From assembly GCF_963921235.1 (NCBI RefSeq), contig NC_086109.1:7628001-7692000 (forward strand): a stretch of DNA of 64,000 nt, read 5' to 3'. Shown here piece by piece: positions 1 through 14,310 of this stretch; position 1 is the first letter of the stretch, and each line of letters begins with the position of its first letter. The DNA is from Mobula hypostoma (Eukaryota). The notes beneath the pieces are model-generated. The model did not search any database. It was not told the origin of the DNA and worked only from the letters and a program-made list of their open reading frames with translations. The position numbers and the translations under genes are program-made.

Positions 1-114
1 AATAAAACTGCATTGTGTATTAGTGGGAACATAGTTACTGCAGAAGTGCTACTGTTAAATCAGCTTTACTGGAACATTTACACATTGTCCCTAACTGTCA
101 GGCCAAACGTGATC

Positions 115-1245
115 TGAAGTCAAGCTCAAGATTATTCATCAAGACACATGTATTCAGCCAAACGAAACAACATTCCTCCAGGACCAAGGTGAAAAATACT
201 CTACATATATCACATACAGCACAAGAAATAATACTAACACAATAATATTGACAGATAATAATAAATATTTTGTAGACGTACAAGCTGACATAAAGTGCAT
301 ATAGAACAGTATAATGCTACTGGCATTGTCATAAATAACGTGTACTGGGTGGTGGCAGGGTTTCAGAAGTCTCACAGCCTGGGAGAAGAAGCTGTTACCC
401 AGACCCACAGTCCTTGTTCAGCTACTGTGGTACCTTCTGCCTGCTGGTAGAAGGTCAAGGAGATTGTGGGACGGATGGGTGGGGTCCCTGACAATGCTGA
501 GGGTGCTGTGGATGCAGTGCTCTGGTGTACGTCCTGGATGGGCGTGAGAGAGGTCCTGATGCTTCTCTCAGCAGCCCTCACAATCTGCGGCAGGGTCTCG
601 TGATTAGGTGTTTTGCAATTCCCATACCAGACAGTGTTACAGCTGGTCAGTACTCTCTCGATGGTGCTCCGGTAGAACGCTTATTTATTTATCTTTCGAG
701 GTAGAGCGTGCAGTAGGTCGTTACGGCCCCTCAGGTTGTGCTGCCCAGTTTAACCCTAGCCTAATCACAGACAGTTTACAATGACCGATTAACCCACCAA
801 TTGGTACATCTTTGGACCGTGGGAGTAAACTGGAGCACCCAGAGGAAGCCCACGCAGTCACAGGGAAAATGTACAAACTCCTTACAGACAGCAGTGGGAA
901 TTGAACCTGGGTCACTGGTACTGTAAAGCATTGTGCTAACCACTATGCTACCAAGCCGGGCATGCCTAGAATCAGGGTGGGGTGCCTCACTCTCATCAAT
1001 CTCCTCAGGCGGTGGAGGCGATGCTGTGCTTTCTTGACATGAAGAGGTAGTGTTGAGGAACCAGATGAGATTATCCATGATGTGCACTCCCAGAAAGTTG
1101 GCATCCCTGACCCTCTCCACTCAGGAGCAGTTGACGTGCAGCAGGGAGTGGAAAGCCTGCACCTTCCTGAAGTTCACAGTCATCTCCTTAGTCTGGTCCA
1201 CGATGAGACTCAAGTTGTTGTGTTTGTACCAGTCTTGCAGTTGAC
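115..1245 (-). mobile_element. Degraded Rex1/Babar-type LINE 3' fragment, split by a SINE at 681-955
   Basis: Minus-strand translations ERVRDANFLGVHI and RLGNSFFSQAVRLL resemble the Rex1/Babar RT C-terminus; homology resumes on both sides of the SINE. Confidence 0.7.
681..955 (-). mobile_element. tRNA-derived V-SINE (HE1-like)
   Basis: Minus strand has an A-box (GGTAGCATAGTGG), a B-box (GGTTCAATTCC), a central V-domain-like GGGTGCTCCAGTTTACTCCCACGGTCCAAAG and an (AAAT)n tail. Similar copies lie near 9050-9320(-), 9890-10090(-), 13960-14240(+), 36085-36370(+), 42065-42345(+), 51950-52180(-) and 55285-55570(+). Confidence 0.8.
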
Positions 1246-1801
1246 AACAGGTTAGCGGAAAATGGCTGATCACATTTTACCTTATTCAGCAAACTTGATC
1301 CTTTAACAAAAGGTCAAATAATTGGCTGCTATGAATTACCCCTTGTGTGGGTAATGGACAAATGTGAGTTGATCCTGACTGGTACTACATCATAGTCTGA
1401 TATGGAGGGAGAGGTTCACTTCACAGGATCGGAAAAAGCTGCGGAGCATGGTAAACTCAGCCAGCTCCATCATGGACACTAGCCTCCCCCCCAGCAAGGA
1501 CATCTTCGAAAGGCAATGCCTCAAAACGGCAGCATTATCATTAAGGACCCCCATTATCCAGGACATTCCCCCTTCTCATTGCTACCATCAGGGAGGAGGT
1601 ACAGGAACCTGAAGACACACACTCAGTGTTTTGAGAACAGTTTCTACCCCTGCACCATCAGATTTCTGAACAGACATTAAACCAACCCATGAACTCTGCC
1701 TCATCATTTTTGTTTTCTTTTTTGCATTGCTCACTTAATTTAACTTTTTAATCTATATTTTGTATTGGAACCTGCAGTTTTTTATGCATTGCACTGCACT
1801 G

Positions 1802-2023
1802 TGTTGGGCACGTGGCCAAGTGGTTAAGGCCTTCGTCTAGTGATCTGAGGGTCGCTAGCCCGAGCTTTGGCTGTGTTTGTGTCCTTGAGCGAGGCACTAA
1901 ACCACACATTGCTCTAGTCTGTGCGAGGAGTGGTGCCCCACACAGACTTCCAAACTGCGCCTTGTAAGGCACGAAAATGCCCGACGCAGGCCTCTCATGG
2001 TCTGAGTCGACCTTCCCTCCTCC
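1802..2023 (+). mobile_element. tRNA-derived SINE inserted in a Rex1/Babar 3' tail
   Basis: tRNA-like head GGGCACGTGGCCAAGTGGTTAAGG; flanking direct repeat GCACTGCACTG at 1791-1801 and 2024-2034. Confidence 0.75.
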
Positions 2024-2299
2024 GCACTGCACTGCTGCTGCTGCCAAGCAACACATTTTAGGACATATGTCAATGATAATAAACTTGATTCCGATTCTGA
2101 ATCTTATGAGAATCTGAGAGAGAATGAATTGTAGAGTTACGGGGAGTTACTACTAGTACACTATGATGTTCTCCTAAGGGGTTGTCTTTTGGTGGGTCCT
2201 CAGGTGACTGTAGAGGCTACTCCAGGATCCACATATTCTGGTGCAGTGTGGGCAAGAGTAAGTGTTGGCTGTGATTAGTGGTTGGGTCTTTCCGAATCA

Positions 2300-2575
2300 G
2301 GATTTACCTCTTCCACCTCTCCCCTCCCAGCTTCTTACAGCACTTTCTCCCCCACCCACCCGCCTTCCCCCTCACCTGGTCTCACCTGCCACCTGCCAAC
2401 CTGTACAGCTCCTCTGGCTTCTTCCCCTTTCCTTTCCTGTCCTGATGAAGGGTCTCAGTCCGAAACATCAACTCTTGATCCCCCTCCATTGGTACTGCCT
2501 GACCTGCTGAGTTCCTTCAGAATTTCTTGTGTGTTCCTCAAGATTCCCAACATCCACACAATCTCTTGTGTCTTT
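2300..2575 (+). mobile_element. Penelope-derived terminal repeat with degenerate hammerhead motif
   Basis: CTGATGA-AGGGTCTCAGTCC-GAAACATC at 2442-2469, followed by the shared CTGCCTGACCTGCTGAGTTCC terminus seen in many copies in this window. Confidence 0.7.
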
Positions 2576-3005
2576 ACACTGCTAAAATACAGGTCCACAT
2601 AAAGTAACAACAACATATATCTATATGTCAAAATATATATATTGAATTGAATTGGCTTTATTACCTATATCCTTTATATACACGAGGAGTAAAAATCTTT
2701 ACATTATGTCTCCGTCTAAATGCACAATTATAGTGATTTATAATAAATATTACGTAGAACAGGATCGTCAGTATAACATAGAAATACAATTGTATCAGCA
2801 TGAATTAATCAGTCTGATGGCCTGGTGGAAGAAGCTGTCCCGGAGCCTGTTGGTCCTGGCTTTTATGCTGCGGTACCATTTCCCGGATAGTAGCAGCTGG
2901 AACAGTTCGTGGTTGGGGTGACTCGGGTCCCCAATGATCCTTCATGCCCTTTTCACACATCTGTCTTTGTAAATGTCCTGAATAGTGGGAAGTTTGCATC
3001 TACAG

Positions 3006-3007
<2 letters not shown>

Positions 3008-3043
<36 letters not shown>
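3008..3043. repeat. (GT)n microsatellite
   Basis: Pure TG dinucleotide run. Confidence 0.95.
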
Positions 3044-3045
<2 letters not shown>

Positions 3046-3460
3046 ACGCAAAGACTTTTGCACAATACTGTACGTCATGAAACTTACTGTTTTGTGGCAG
3101 CAGTACAGTGCAGTACATAAAATTACTAAGGTTACTGGCATTGTTCGAAAGTCTTTGATTTTTATTAAAAGCATTGTTCTAAGTTTTTTGCAGAGTTCTG
3201 TCTGTATATAGTAAAAGTACCATTGGTTACAATTTTTTTATTTATCATTGTAACTTGTAGTGTATTTTATGTCTTATATTGTTTGTATTTTATTGTTTAT
3301 ATTTTATAGTGTTATTTTGTGGCATTGTACTGTTGCCACAAAATAGTAAATTTCACAAATAGGTTAATGACAATAAACCTGATACTGATTCTGATGATTC
3401 TGATTCTAAAAAGGGTAAGTGGACTATATATATATAGGAACAATTATTTTATTATTTTTT

Positions 3461-3742
3461 GGGCACATGGCCAAGTGGTTAAGGTGTTTGACTAGCGATC
3501 TGAAGGTCGTGAGTTCGAGCCCCAGCGCACTTAACCACACAGTGCTCAGCGACAACACTGGTGCCAAGCTGTATGGGTCCTCATGCCCTTCGGTCAACAT
3601 TGGTGTCGTGGAGAGGGGAGACTTGCAGCATGGGCAACTGCTGGTCTTCCATACAACCTTGCCCATGCCTGCACCCTGGAGAGTGAAGACTTTCCAGGCG
3701 CAGATCCATGGTCTCGCAAGACTAACGGATGCCTTAAAAAAA
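3461..3742 (+). mobile_element. tRNA-derived SINE
   Basis: A-box TGGCCAAGTGG, B-box GTTCGAGCC, A tail, 15-bp TSD TATTTTATTATTTTT at 3445-3459 and 3743-3757. Confidence 0.85.
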
Positions 3743-6239
3743 TATTTTATTATTTTTAGCCTATGCAGTAAAAATTACAGTAAGTATTTATTTATGTAAT
3801 TAACAGTGATTTTTATGCATTGCACCATACTGCTGCTGCAAAACAACAAATTTCATAACATATGTCAGTAGTAATAAACCTGATTCTCAGTTCAGTCAGG
3901 GTTTCATTGAAGGTCCTGTGGTACCAGCGGCCTGGATTCAATGATATATGTTTTGCAAGCAACATCCCCATTTTAGTAATGAACCTGGGTTGGAATATTG
4001 TAGCGGAGACGAGGTACAAGTGCAGAATGCTCGGATGGAAATCAATGGAGGATAATGTTGACCTCCGAACATTTCTAATGGAGTAAGCTCATAAAGAGGC
4101 AGAGAAAAAGCATGCTGAGAAACACACAAGTAATCTATATGCTTGATAAATCGCCGTACAAATCACACACTTTTCCCCAGGGTGAACCCGTGCCTCAAAT
4201 GGAACACGCAGTTTCAACTGGCTCTGATAATTAATCATTCCTCAGTATGTGACTTGAATGTACAACACATTCAGCCAGTGTGTGTTAACCCTTTGTCTGG
4301 TCAGTGCGCTTTCAGAGATATTTGGACAGAAGGTCAGATTCATATCGGGTTTAGCAAGGCTGGGGATTAGACTGGGGTGCGGTGGGCGGGGGGGGGGTGA
4401 TGGATTTCCCGTAGGGGTGCCGGAAAGAGCTGAGGAACCTGCAGTCCTGAAGTCAGAATATCTGAAATAAAGCTGGTTTATTAGGGCCGCCTGTTGTTTG
4501 CATACTAGGTTACTGGCAAATGTCTCTGTCATGCATTCTCACAGATTAAAATAATATTCTTTGTTGTTTCATTGAAAGCTTTGCAGAAACTTGTCAGAGC
4601 CACCACAAAAATGGAGGTTTGATTGAAGTTTTCAAGAGAAATTGGGGGAAGTAAATGCTTGGGAGAGCTATGGAGGGCTATGGTCCAGGAGTAAATGATG
4701 GGACTGGGCGGAATAACAGTTCAGCACAAACTAGATGGGCCAAAGATCAGTAAATATCTGTAGAAATTTGCTAGAGTTTTTGGTGACATACCAAATCTCC
4801 TCCATTCCTAATGAAATATAGTTGCTATTGCACCTTCTTCGTAATTGCAGAAGTTTGTTGGGCCAAGGATGGATCTTCAGAAGCATTGACACCCAGCAAC
4901 TTGAAATTGCTCGCCCTTTCCTCTGCTGATCCCTGAATGAGGGCTGAAGTGTCCTTCCTCCACTTCCACTTCCTGAACTGCTCAATCAATTCCTCGGTCT
5001 TACTGACATTGAGTGCAAAATTGCTGCTGTGTCACCACTCAACCACCTGGTCTAGCTCACTCTGACAAGCATCTTGACTTACCACCACCTGAGATTCTGC
5101 CGACAACAGATATGTCATCGGCAAATTTACAGATGGTGTTTGAGTTGTGTTTAGCCACACAGTCATGGGTGTAAAGAGAGTAGAGCAGTGAGCTAAGTAT
5201 GCATCGTTGAGATAAGACCATAAGACATAGATGTAGAATAAGGCCATTCAGCCCATCAAGTCAGTTCCACCATTCCATCATGGCTGATCCCAGATCCCAC
5301 TCAACTCCATACACCTGCCTTCTCACCATAACCTTTGGTGCCCTGACCAATCTGGAAACGATCAACTTCCGCCTTCAATGTACCCATGGATTTGGCCTCC
5401 ACTGCAGCCTGTGGAAGAGCATTCCACAGATTTACTACTCTCTAGCGAAATAAATTCCTCCTTATCTCTGTTCTAAAAGGTTGCCCCTTAATTTTGAGGC
5501 TGTGCCCTTTAGTTCTGGATACCCCCACAAGAAGAAATATCCTCTCCACATCCACCCTATCTGGTCCTTTTAACATTCATCAAATTTCATTACGAATCCC
5601 CCCCCCACCGGATTCTTCTAAATTCCAATGAGTACAGGCCCAAAGCTGCCAAGCACTGGCTCATATGTTAACCCCTTCATTCTCAGAAACATCCTCATGA
5701 ACCTCCTCTGGACTCTTTCCAATGACAACACATCCTTTCTGAGGAGGAAAGGATGTGTTGAAGTTCTGTGTTGACAGCCACCGTGGAGGAGATGTTATTT
5801 TCAATCTAAACTGATTGCAGCCTCTTGGTGAGGAAATCAAGGATCCAGTTGGATAGGGAGTTACAAAGGCCAGGTAAGGAAGCGTGTTATTAGTACTTTG
5901 TTGACTCGGCTTTGCAGATGGTGCAGAAGAGATGCTGCCTGGATTAGAGGGCATGTGCTACAAGGAGAGGTTGGACAAATCTGGGTTGTTTTTTCTGTAG
6001 CAGAAGCTGAGTAGAGACTGATAGGAGATTATGGGATTGTAAGAGGCCTTTATAGACTAAATAGCTGGTATCTTCTTCCCAGGATTGAAACATCTAATAC
6101 CAGAGGGCATGAATTGAAGGTGAGAGGGGGTAAATTCAAAGGAGAAGAATAGGACAAACCTCATTCATGGAGAGTGGTGAGTACCTGGAATAAACTACCC
6201 AGTGGTGGAGGCATGTATAAAGCTTTTATGAGACACAGG

Positions 6240-6860
6240 TATGGAGTGTCCAGGGAGGGGTAGCACCTCTGGTGAAGGGGCTTGCCATGTCCATTCTGGG
6301 GCAGCTCGCTCACCTTTGATGCCTACTGGACACTCACCTCTCACCTGTGACTCCAAGCAGCAAAAGGCCAGACTTAGTCAGAACACAGAACACGGAAGGG
6401 GACATTACAGGGGGGAACAGACCCTTTAGCCCACAGTCCTGTGCTAGACTAACTTCTGCAACTCGCTGTTTGCATGTGACAGCAGCCACACCCTGGTACA
6501 CCGCTTCAGCGAGAGGGCTACACCAGGGGAGGGGAGCCGGCCGCCTCAGACCCTGGAGGAACTGGGACATGCCTGTCCCAGCATGCGAACTCGGCTCCGG
6601 CGGACGGGCCGGATGAGACCCACAGTGAGATCCAACGGCCAGGAAGGCGGCTCTGCGACGCTCCGTGGAGAGCGACGGGCATGACGAGGCTCAGAAGACG
6701 TCACGGTCATCCACTGCAACCAAGAAAGGTCCCGGTCTGTGGCGCTTGCCTGTGCCGCTGGACCCAGGCGCCTGAGGTCCGGAGGGTGGAACTGCCCTAG
6801 CGCAATGGATTTTCCACTTTACACACAGGTTTGCTTTCATTGCCCGACATGATGGATAAC
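6240..6860 (+). mobile_element. GC-rich non-autonomous repeat, probably RTE 5'UTR-related, inserted in a CR1 3' fragment (about 5915-7000)
   Basis: Interrupts a CR1 3' end whose sequence resumes after about 6865; contains its own ~100-bp internal insertion; family assignment tentative. Confidence 0.45.
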
Positions 6861-8414
6861 TTCCGAGACGTACATGAATATGCAGAGATGTGGACCTTGT
6901 GTAGGCAGAAGGGATTAGTTTAGTCAGGCACTGAATTATTAGTTTAATTAGTTTGGCACAACACTGCAGGCTAAAGAGCCTGCACCTGTAACATACTTTT
7001 CAATATTTTATGTCCTGACTAAGCCTGTCCCTTTTTGCAAGCTTCTTGTTGCTGCTAGTGAAGGCCGATCAAAGTATTTCAGAACTGGGGGCTGACAGCT
7101 GAGACTGGAAGGCAGTAGTTTTGTTCATTTACTGAACAGGGCCAGTTACTGTCACAACAGCAACCTCCACCCAATGTCTGCAACAGCAAGGAACTGGTGG
7201 CGGACTTCAGCAAGGGGAAGTCAGGAGAAAGCCCTCCAGTCCTCATCGAGGGGTCAGCAGTCGAGAGGGAGAACAGCTTCAAGTTCCTGGGTGTCAGCCT
7301 TTCTGAGGATCCAACTTGGACCCAGCATATTGATGCAGTCGTGGAAGGGGGGCACGCCAGCAGCTATACTTCATTAGGAGGTTGATGAGATTTGGTATGA
7401 TCACCAAAGACTGTGGCAACTATCTACAGCTATACCGTGGGGAGCATTCTGACTGGTATGGAGATGCCAATAAACAGGATTGAAGGAGCTGCAGAAGGTT
7501 GTAGATTCAGCCAGCTCCATCGTGAGCACTAGCCTCCTCATCATTGAGGACATCTTCCAAAGGCGATGCCTCAGGAAGGCCACATTAACGACCCTCACCA
7601 TTCAGGACATACCTAGTTCTCAGCACTACTATCAGGGAGGAGGTACAGCAGCCTAAAGACCCATAAGACATAAGAGGCTATTTGGACCATCGAGTCTTCT
7701 ACACCATTCCACCATGGCTGATTTATTATCCCTTTAACCCCATTTACCTGCCTTCTCCCCATAACCTTTGACACTCTTACTAATTGAGAACCTACCAAAC
7801 TCCGCTTTAAATATACCCAATGACTTGGTGACCCACCCTCAACGTTTCAGGACCAGCTTCTTCCCTCCATCATCAGATTTCTGAACAGTCCACATACCCG
7901 TCGTCATGGTGGTCATCGGCAGGAATGAACCCAGGTGTGGAGAAATAGTAGACCCTGTCACGGTGAGTGCTGGCAATGACTGAACCCAGGTGTGGAGAAA
8001 CGGTGTACTCCCATGCAGAGATGGAAAGAAGAGGTATTCATAGGAATATTAACAGAGCATCAGTAGCAGGGCCAAGCAACACAGTGACACAAGTCATTCT
8101 CAACACAAGGATTCCACAAATAGCATTAAACAGGAGTCTGCTTTAAATAATCAGAGAAGGCAGAAACCCATACAAGTCACAATTAACTTGACAAGATTGA
8201 CTAGAAAGCACAAGGGCATACAACTGTAGTTAAGACAACAATTAGTAAATTCGGGTGCTCGAGACACCTAGACGCCCAACGCCCTATGGCAAGCCACATA
8301 TGCCCACGGGGCTCATGACACCCACAAGTGCTACCTCACTATTATGCTCTTGGTTTTCCACTTCTTAGTAAAACTTCTTAATATTCCTTATTGCAATTTT
8401 TATTCTTGTTTCTT

Positions 8415-8610
8415 TCTGCGCCTTGTAGCGCACTAGGTGGTAACCTTGCCATTCCTTTATCATTTCTGATTGTGTTTTTCACGAGGCCAAGCCGCTAGCT
8501 CGACACTCAACCCAGCACGGATGGAAAGCGTGCAAGAGGCTGGCCGGATTCGAACCCAGGAGAACTCGGCTGGAAGTCTGGTGAGGACGCCACCACACTG
8601 TCGGCTGGCT
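8415..8610 (-). mobile_element. tRNA-derived SINE (second copy about 23850-24050, minus)
   Basis: Minus strand has B-box GGTTCGAATCC and body CACGCTTTCCATCCGTGCTGGGTTGAG, shared with 23850-24050 and 30522-30837. Confidence 0.75.
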
Positions 8611-11600
8611 GATGGTATTGTTTATGTCTCGCACTGTACTGCTGCCGCAAAAAAACAAATTTCACATTGTACGTCAATGGCAATAAGCTGGATTCTGACT
8701 CTGTTTCCTGGTAGAAAGAAGCGAGCACTGCGAATGAACTGCCCTTTGACATTCCCCTTCAGAGACAATGCCGTCTGAGAAAACTGAGCAAGCAGAAACC
8801 TCCGGAAGGAATGCTTATTCTCATATTTCACCCTCTGCTATATTGACCAGTGATAACTGACATAACTCCAGGAGCATGGGAGATACCCAGCAGGCCTGGG
8901 GAGGGAAACAGAGTTGATGTTTAAGGTCAAAGAGTTTTTATTAGAATTAAAACCAGGCTCTGTAACAGCAACCAATAATCGACCTCTCCCATCCCAGTCA
9001 TTCAGAAACCTCCTCCATACCATCGGGTGGGTGGGAGATTGGGTAAGGTTAAGGAATAACTTTATTTTTCGCATTTACAGTGAAACATGTTATTTGGCAT
9101 CAATGACCAATGACGTCTAGACGAGCTGGGGACAGCCCACAAGTGTTGCCGTAGCACGGCCACAACTCACTAACCCTAAACGCGTACGTCTTTGGAATGT
9201 GGGAGGAAACCAGAGCACCCGGAGGAAACTCACGCAGTCACGGGAAGAATGCAGAAATCCTTGTAGACAGAAGTGAACACAGGTCTCTGGCATTATAATG
9301 GCATTACACTAACCACTGCCCTATGATTATAAATGCAGGAAAGTCTTCAGATGTTGGAAATCCAGAGCAACACACACACAAAACGCTGGAGAAACTCAGC
9401 AGGTCAGGCAGCACCTGTGGAAGTAAATAAACTATTAATGTTTTGGGCCGAGAACTTTCTTCGAGAACTTTTCCCTTGCATTGGGTCAATATTTTGATGT
9501 GATGGAAGGATTGTATGGATGGCATACAAAACAAAGGATTTCACTGTAACGTGGCACATGTGGCAGTAGTAAACCAATTTACCAGTTTATGACTCAACCA
9601 GTGTTAGGGATGTGAACTCATTATCCACCTAGGATGCAGAGACAGAAACCTTTGCCACCTGGATGGGCTCCCTTAGTTCATCCTGGTAGCTTCCTTGATA
9701 TCTAGGAGTCTATCCAGCTCAGTGACTGAGCCCTTCGTATCTCTCAGCTACAACCCAGTGCATGAAGAAATGTATCTCAGTCCCAAACGACTGTGAATCC
9801 AAATCACAATCAGTTTTATTATCTCTGATGGGATGTTGTGATTTTTTTTGTGTGGCCGCCGTACAGTGCAGTGTATAAAATATACTATTTTTTATTCTAT
9901 TCTATTTTTATTCAGATACAGTGTGGATTGGGCTCTTCCAGCAATCCCCCTATTTAATCTGAGCCTAATCACGGGACAATTTACAATGACCGATTAACCT
10001 ACTAACCAGTTCGTCTTTGGACTGTGGGAGGAAACTGGAGCACCCAGAGGAAACCCACGTGGTCATGGGGAGAACGTACAAATGCCTTACATAAATTACA
10101 CTGAGAAATACATAATATCAAAAATTAAACAAGTAGTGCAGAAAGAGTGCATGAATAGTGAGGTGGTGTTCATGGGTTCATTGTCTGTTCAGAAGTCTGA
10201 TGGTGGAAGGGAAGGATCTGTTCCAAGAATGTTAAGTTGGGTCTTCTGGCTTCTGTACCTCCTCCCTGATGGTAGCAATGAGAAGGGGGCGTATCCTGAG
10301 TGGTGGGCTTTCTTAATGATGGATGCTGCTTGTTTGGGGTATCATCTTCTGAAGATGTCCTCGACGGTGAGGAGGCTAGTGCATGCGATGGAGCTGGCTG
10401 AGTTTACAGCCCTCCGAGGTGATTTCTGCTCCTGTACAGTGTGACCCCTGGTTCGAGACTCCTTGGCCAGGCCAGTCTTTGGCCCTTCATCAACCATAAG
10501 GGCTCTGCCCCTGAGGGCTTGGCAAGTGAGCTTGACCTAAACAACCCCATTTGGACAACAAACAGATTGGACTGAGCAGTCTCTTTCCAACCAATGAACT
10601 TTTGACATTGCATTGATGGTTATGGAAAGGATTAGGCGTTAACAAGATAGTGGTTTCCTATTCTAGCAGAAGGGTCTGACAGTAATTTTTATTCAGATAA
10701 CCAAACTGCATTTTTGCCAAGAAACTACTATAATACTTGAATATTTTAAAATAGAACAGTACATTCCCTCACAGACTGACAAAGTTCAAATCTAGGACAT
10801 CGTAATGTTGCAATAGTAAGCAGCAACTCTGTAAATCTTTTGAAGACATAAATTAATAATTATCTTTCAGGATATTAAAGCTGACAGCCAACCCGCAAGA
10901 GATTGTAACCACTTTTTCACTGTGTATTGTGCCTGTTGTAAGAAATGTTAATTAGTAGAAATTCAACATTGGTACATAAATATTATCAAGCTGGAGTGTG
11001 CCAGTGGTGAAGGTAGCAGCTAATCATGTCTGCTATGCTACTGAGCCAACAGATCTCTGCCTGTGCTCCCCAGTGATAACTGTGCAAATAAAAATGAACG
11101 ATCAAAATAAATCTTCGACTGGATTGTGCACTTCTAAATCATAAAGCTACAAGACATAGGAGAAGAATTGAAAAAACATTTTTTTTGAAGCACCGAGTCG
11201 ACTTGGGGAGGTTAAGAACGGATTTCTCAGCAGTGAAATCTAGGCCCAAAGCGAATAGCTGGATGGTGTGTTCTAGGCCTGAGTGATTCGATGTGGTGGA
11301 GCTTGGATCCTAATGTGAGGTATGATCTATTGTTTGGACCAGATAGACTGGGGGCTCTCCTCTCCATGACAAGTGAGACTGTCCCCTGGCTGCTGTGCTT
11401 TGTGTCTGCGACGATTTGCACCACTATTATGATGAACTGAATATCAAGGCTTTGGGCCTACTCTGGGCTGCTCCCGGGATTTGGATCCAAGCATTCAGTT
11501 TGGTTCGGACAATGTGCTGTTGCTCCTATTGTTTGTGTTTGTTTTCTCTTTCTCTGCACACTGGGGGTTGGTCTTTATTTTTGTTTTAATTGGGTTCTTT

Positions 11601-14310
11601 TGGGTTTCTTGGTTGGCCTGTAAGCAGACAAATCTCAAGGTTGTATAATTTATACATTCCTTGATAACAAATGTACTTTGAATCTTGAATTAGGACATCT
11701 GGCCCATCGAGTCTGCTCCGCCATTCCATCATGGCTGATTTATTATCCCTCTCAACCCCATTCTCCTGCCTTCTCCCTGAAATCTTTGATGCCGTTACGA
11801 ATCAAGAACCTATCAACCTCAGCTTTAAATATACCCAATAACTTGGCCTCCACAGACATCCGTGCAATGAATTCCACAGGTACACCATCCACAGGCTGAA
11901 GAAATTCCTCCTCATCTCTGTTCTAAAGGGACATCTTTCTATTCTGGGACAATGCCCTCTAGTCCTAATCTCACCCTCTATAAGAAACATCCTCTCCACA
12001 TCCATTCTATCTAAGTCTTACAACATTCAATAGGTTTCAATGAGATTCCCCCTCATTCTTCTAAACTCCAGCAAGTACGGGCCCAGATTCTGCTCCTACG
12101 TCTTATAGTTTTAGATTCAGACACAGCAACATTTACATTGGTTTCCCTGTGCTCCTCTCTGTATAATTTGCCTGGGTTCTGTACTGCATTGGAGATGAGA
12201 ACCTTGGCAATTTTTCTCATGTAGCAAGGGGAAGGGATGCAATTCCTATGAAGTGGGAGGAGATCTATTCAATGGCTGAGGCAAACTTACAAGTTGAGAA
12301 GTGGCTTTGCGAGGCTCGAGGTCTCTGCAGCTCCATTGGGTGATCAGAGTTAATAGGAGAAGAGCTTAAAACCTTCTTCCATTACTCCTTTGGAGTGAAA
12401 TGATGACATTTATCATGAAAATTCAATGGTTCAGTGGTTTAATTTAATATCAGAGAATGTACACAGTATACAACCTGAAATTCTTACTCTTCACAGACAG
12501 CCACGAAACAGAGAGAAAAAAACCCAAAGAGTGAATGATAGTAATACAGCAGCAAAGCATCACCTCTCCCCCACTCACTTCAGCAAACATCAGCCCTCCC
12601 CCCTCCACCCACCGTGTAGTAGCAAGCCCCCAGACACCATGATCTAACGTCCAACAGAAATGACTGTCACATACAGTCACAGAGTCAGAGAGCACTACAG
12701 CACAAAACGGGCCACCTGACCCATCTAGTCCATTCTAAACTATTAATCGGCTGAGTCCCACTGGCCTGCACCTGAGCCTCCATACCCCCTCCTTATCCAA
12801 GGACCTATCCAAATTTCTCTTAAATGTTGAAATTGAACCTGCATCCACCACTTTTGTTGGCAGCTTGTTCCACCCTCACACCACCTTCTGAGGGAAGAAG
12901 TTTACCCTTTCTTCCCCTTAAGCAGTTCACCTTTCACCCTTTACCCAAACTCAGAGGGAAAATGTCCGCTTGAATTTACCCTATCTAAACCCCTTATAAT
13001 TTACCTCTATCAAATCTCCCCTGATTCTCCTACACTCCAGGCAATAAAGTCCTAAGCTATTCAGCCTTTCCCAATAACTCAGGTCTCAATTCTGATTCTT
13101 GCAAATTTTCTCTGCACGCTTTCAATCTCGTTGGCATCTTTCTTGTCGGCAGGTGACCAGAACTGCACTCAATAATCCAAAATAGTCTTCGCCAACGTCT
13201 TATACAACTTCAACATAACATCCCATCTCCTGTATTCAATATTTTGTTTTATGAAGGCCAATGTGCCAAATGCTTGTTTGTGAACCTGTTTGTGATGCCA
13301 CCTTCAATGAATTATGACTCAAGTCTTCATGTAGCTTTAAGGCAGAGGTTGATGTATTCTTGATTAGTCAGGGCATGAAGGAATATGGGGGGAGAAGAGG
13401 AGTTTGGGGCTGAGAGGAAAATGGATCAGCTGTGATGAAATGATAGGGCAGACTCGATGGACCAAATGGCCAAATTCTGCTCCTATATCTTATGGTCTTA
13501 TGGGATTATGGGATCATTCTTACGAGCCTCCCTTGGACTGTTTCCAATGCCAACACATCTGTTCTTAGATAAGAGGCCCAAAACTGCTCACATCTTGTCT
13601 CTCAGATTTTTAAGAATTCATCTAAACTCCTCTGCAAGAAAATACTTTCATCAAAATGGCTTTAAGGTAAGGGGTGGGAAGTTCAAGGCGGATATTAGAG
13701 GAAGCTTTTTTATTCAGACAGTGGTTGGTGCGTGGAATGCACTGCCTGAGCCAGTGGTGGAGGCAGATGCACTAGTGAAATTTAAGAGATTACTAGACAG
13801 GTATATGGAGGAATTTAAGGTGGAGGGTTATATGGGAGGTGGAGTTTAAGGGTTGGCACAACATTGTGGGCTGAAGGGCCTGTACTGTACTGTACTATTC
13901 TATGTTCTATGTTCTAAAATCCTTATTTGTGTGGCTAATATATATAGGGCTGGCAATTTTAACATTGGGGTTCAATTCCTACCATTGTCTACCAGGAGTT
14001 TGTACGTCCACTCCACAACCATGTGGGTTTTCTCCGGGTCCCCTGGTTTCCTCCCAATTTCCAATAAATTAGTTAGAGTTAGTAGGTTAGAGTTAGAGTT
14101 AGTAGGCATACCAAGTTGGTGCTGGAAGCATGGTGACACTTTTGGGCTATTCACAACACATCCTCGGACTGGTTGTTAACACAAATGATACATTTTACTG
14201 TATGTTTTGATATACATGTGACAAATAAATTTAATATTAATCTATCTTAATCTATCTTACATGAATTGCAAAGGTATTTTCTTGAGACCTACCATGTGAG
14301 ACAGTGTTCA

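Noticed and set aside
3461..3530. tRNA gene-like sequence (also 1806, 30525 and V-SINE heads)
   Set aside because: SINE heads: no complete cloverleaf, and followed by SINE bodies and tails, several with TSDs
6240..6360. Possible HDV-like ribozyme at the head of the GC-rich repeat
   Set aside because: A P1-like pairing exists (GAGTGTCC/GGACACTC), but no P1.1, P3/L3 or J4/2 could be placed
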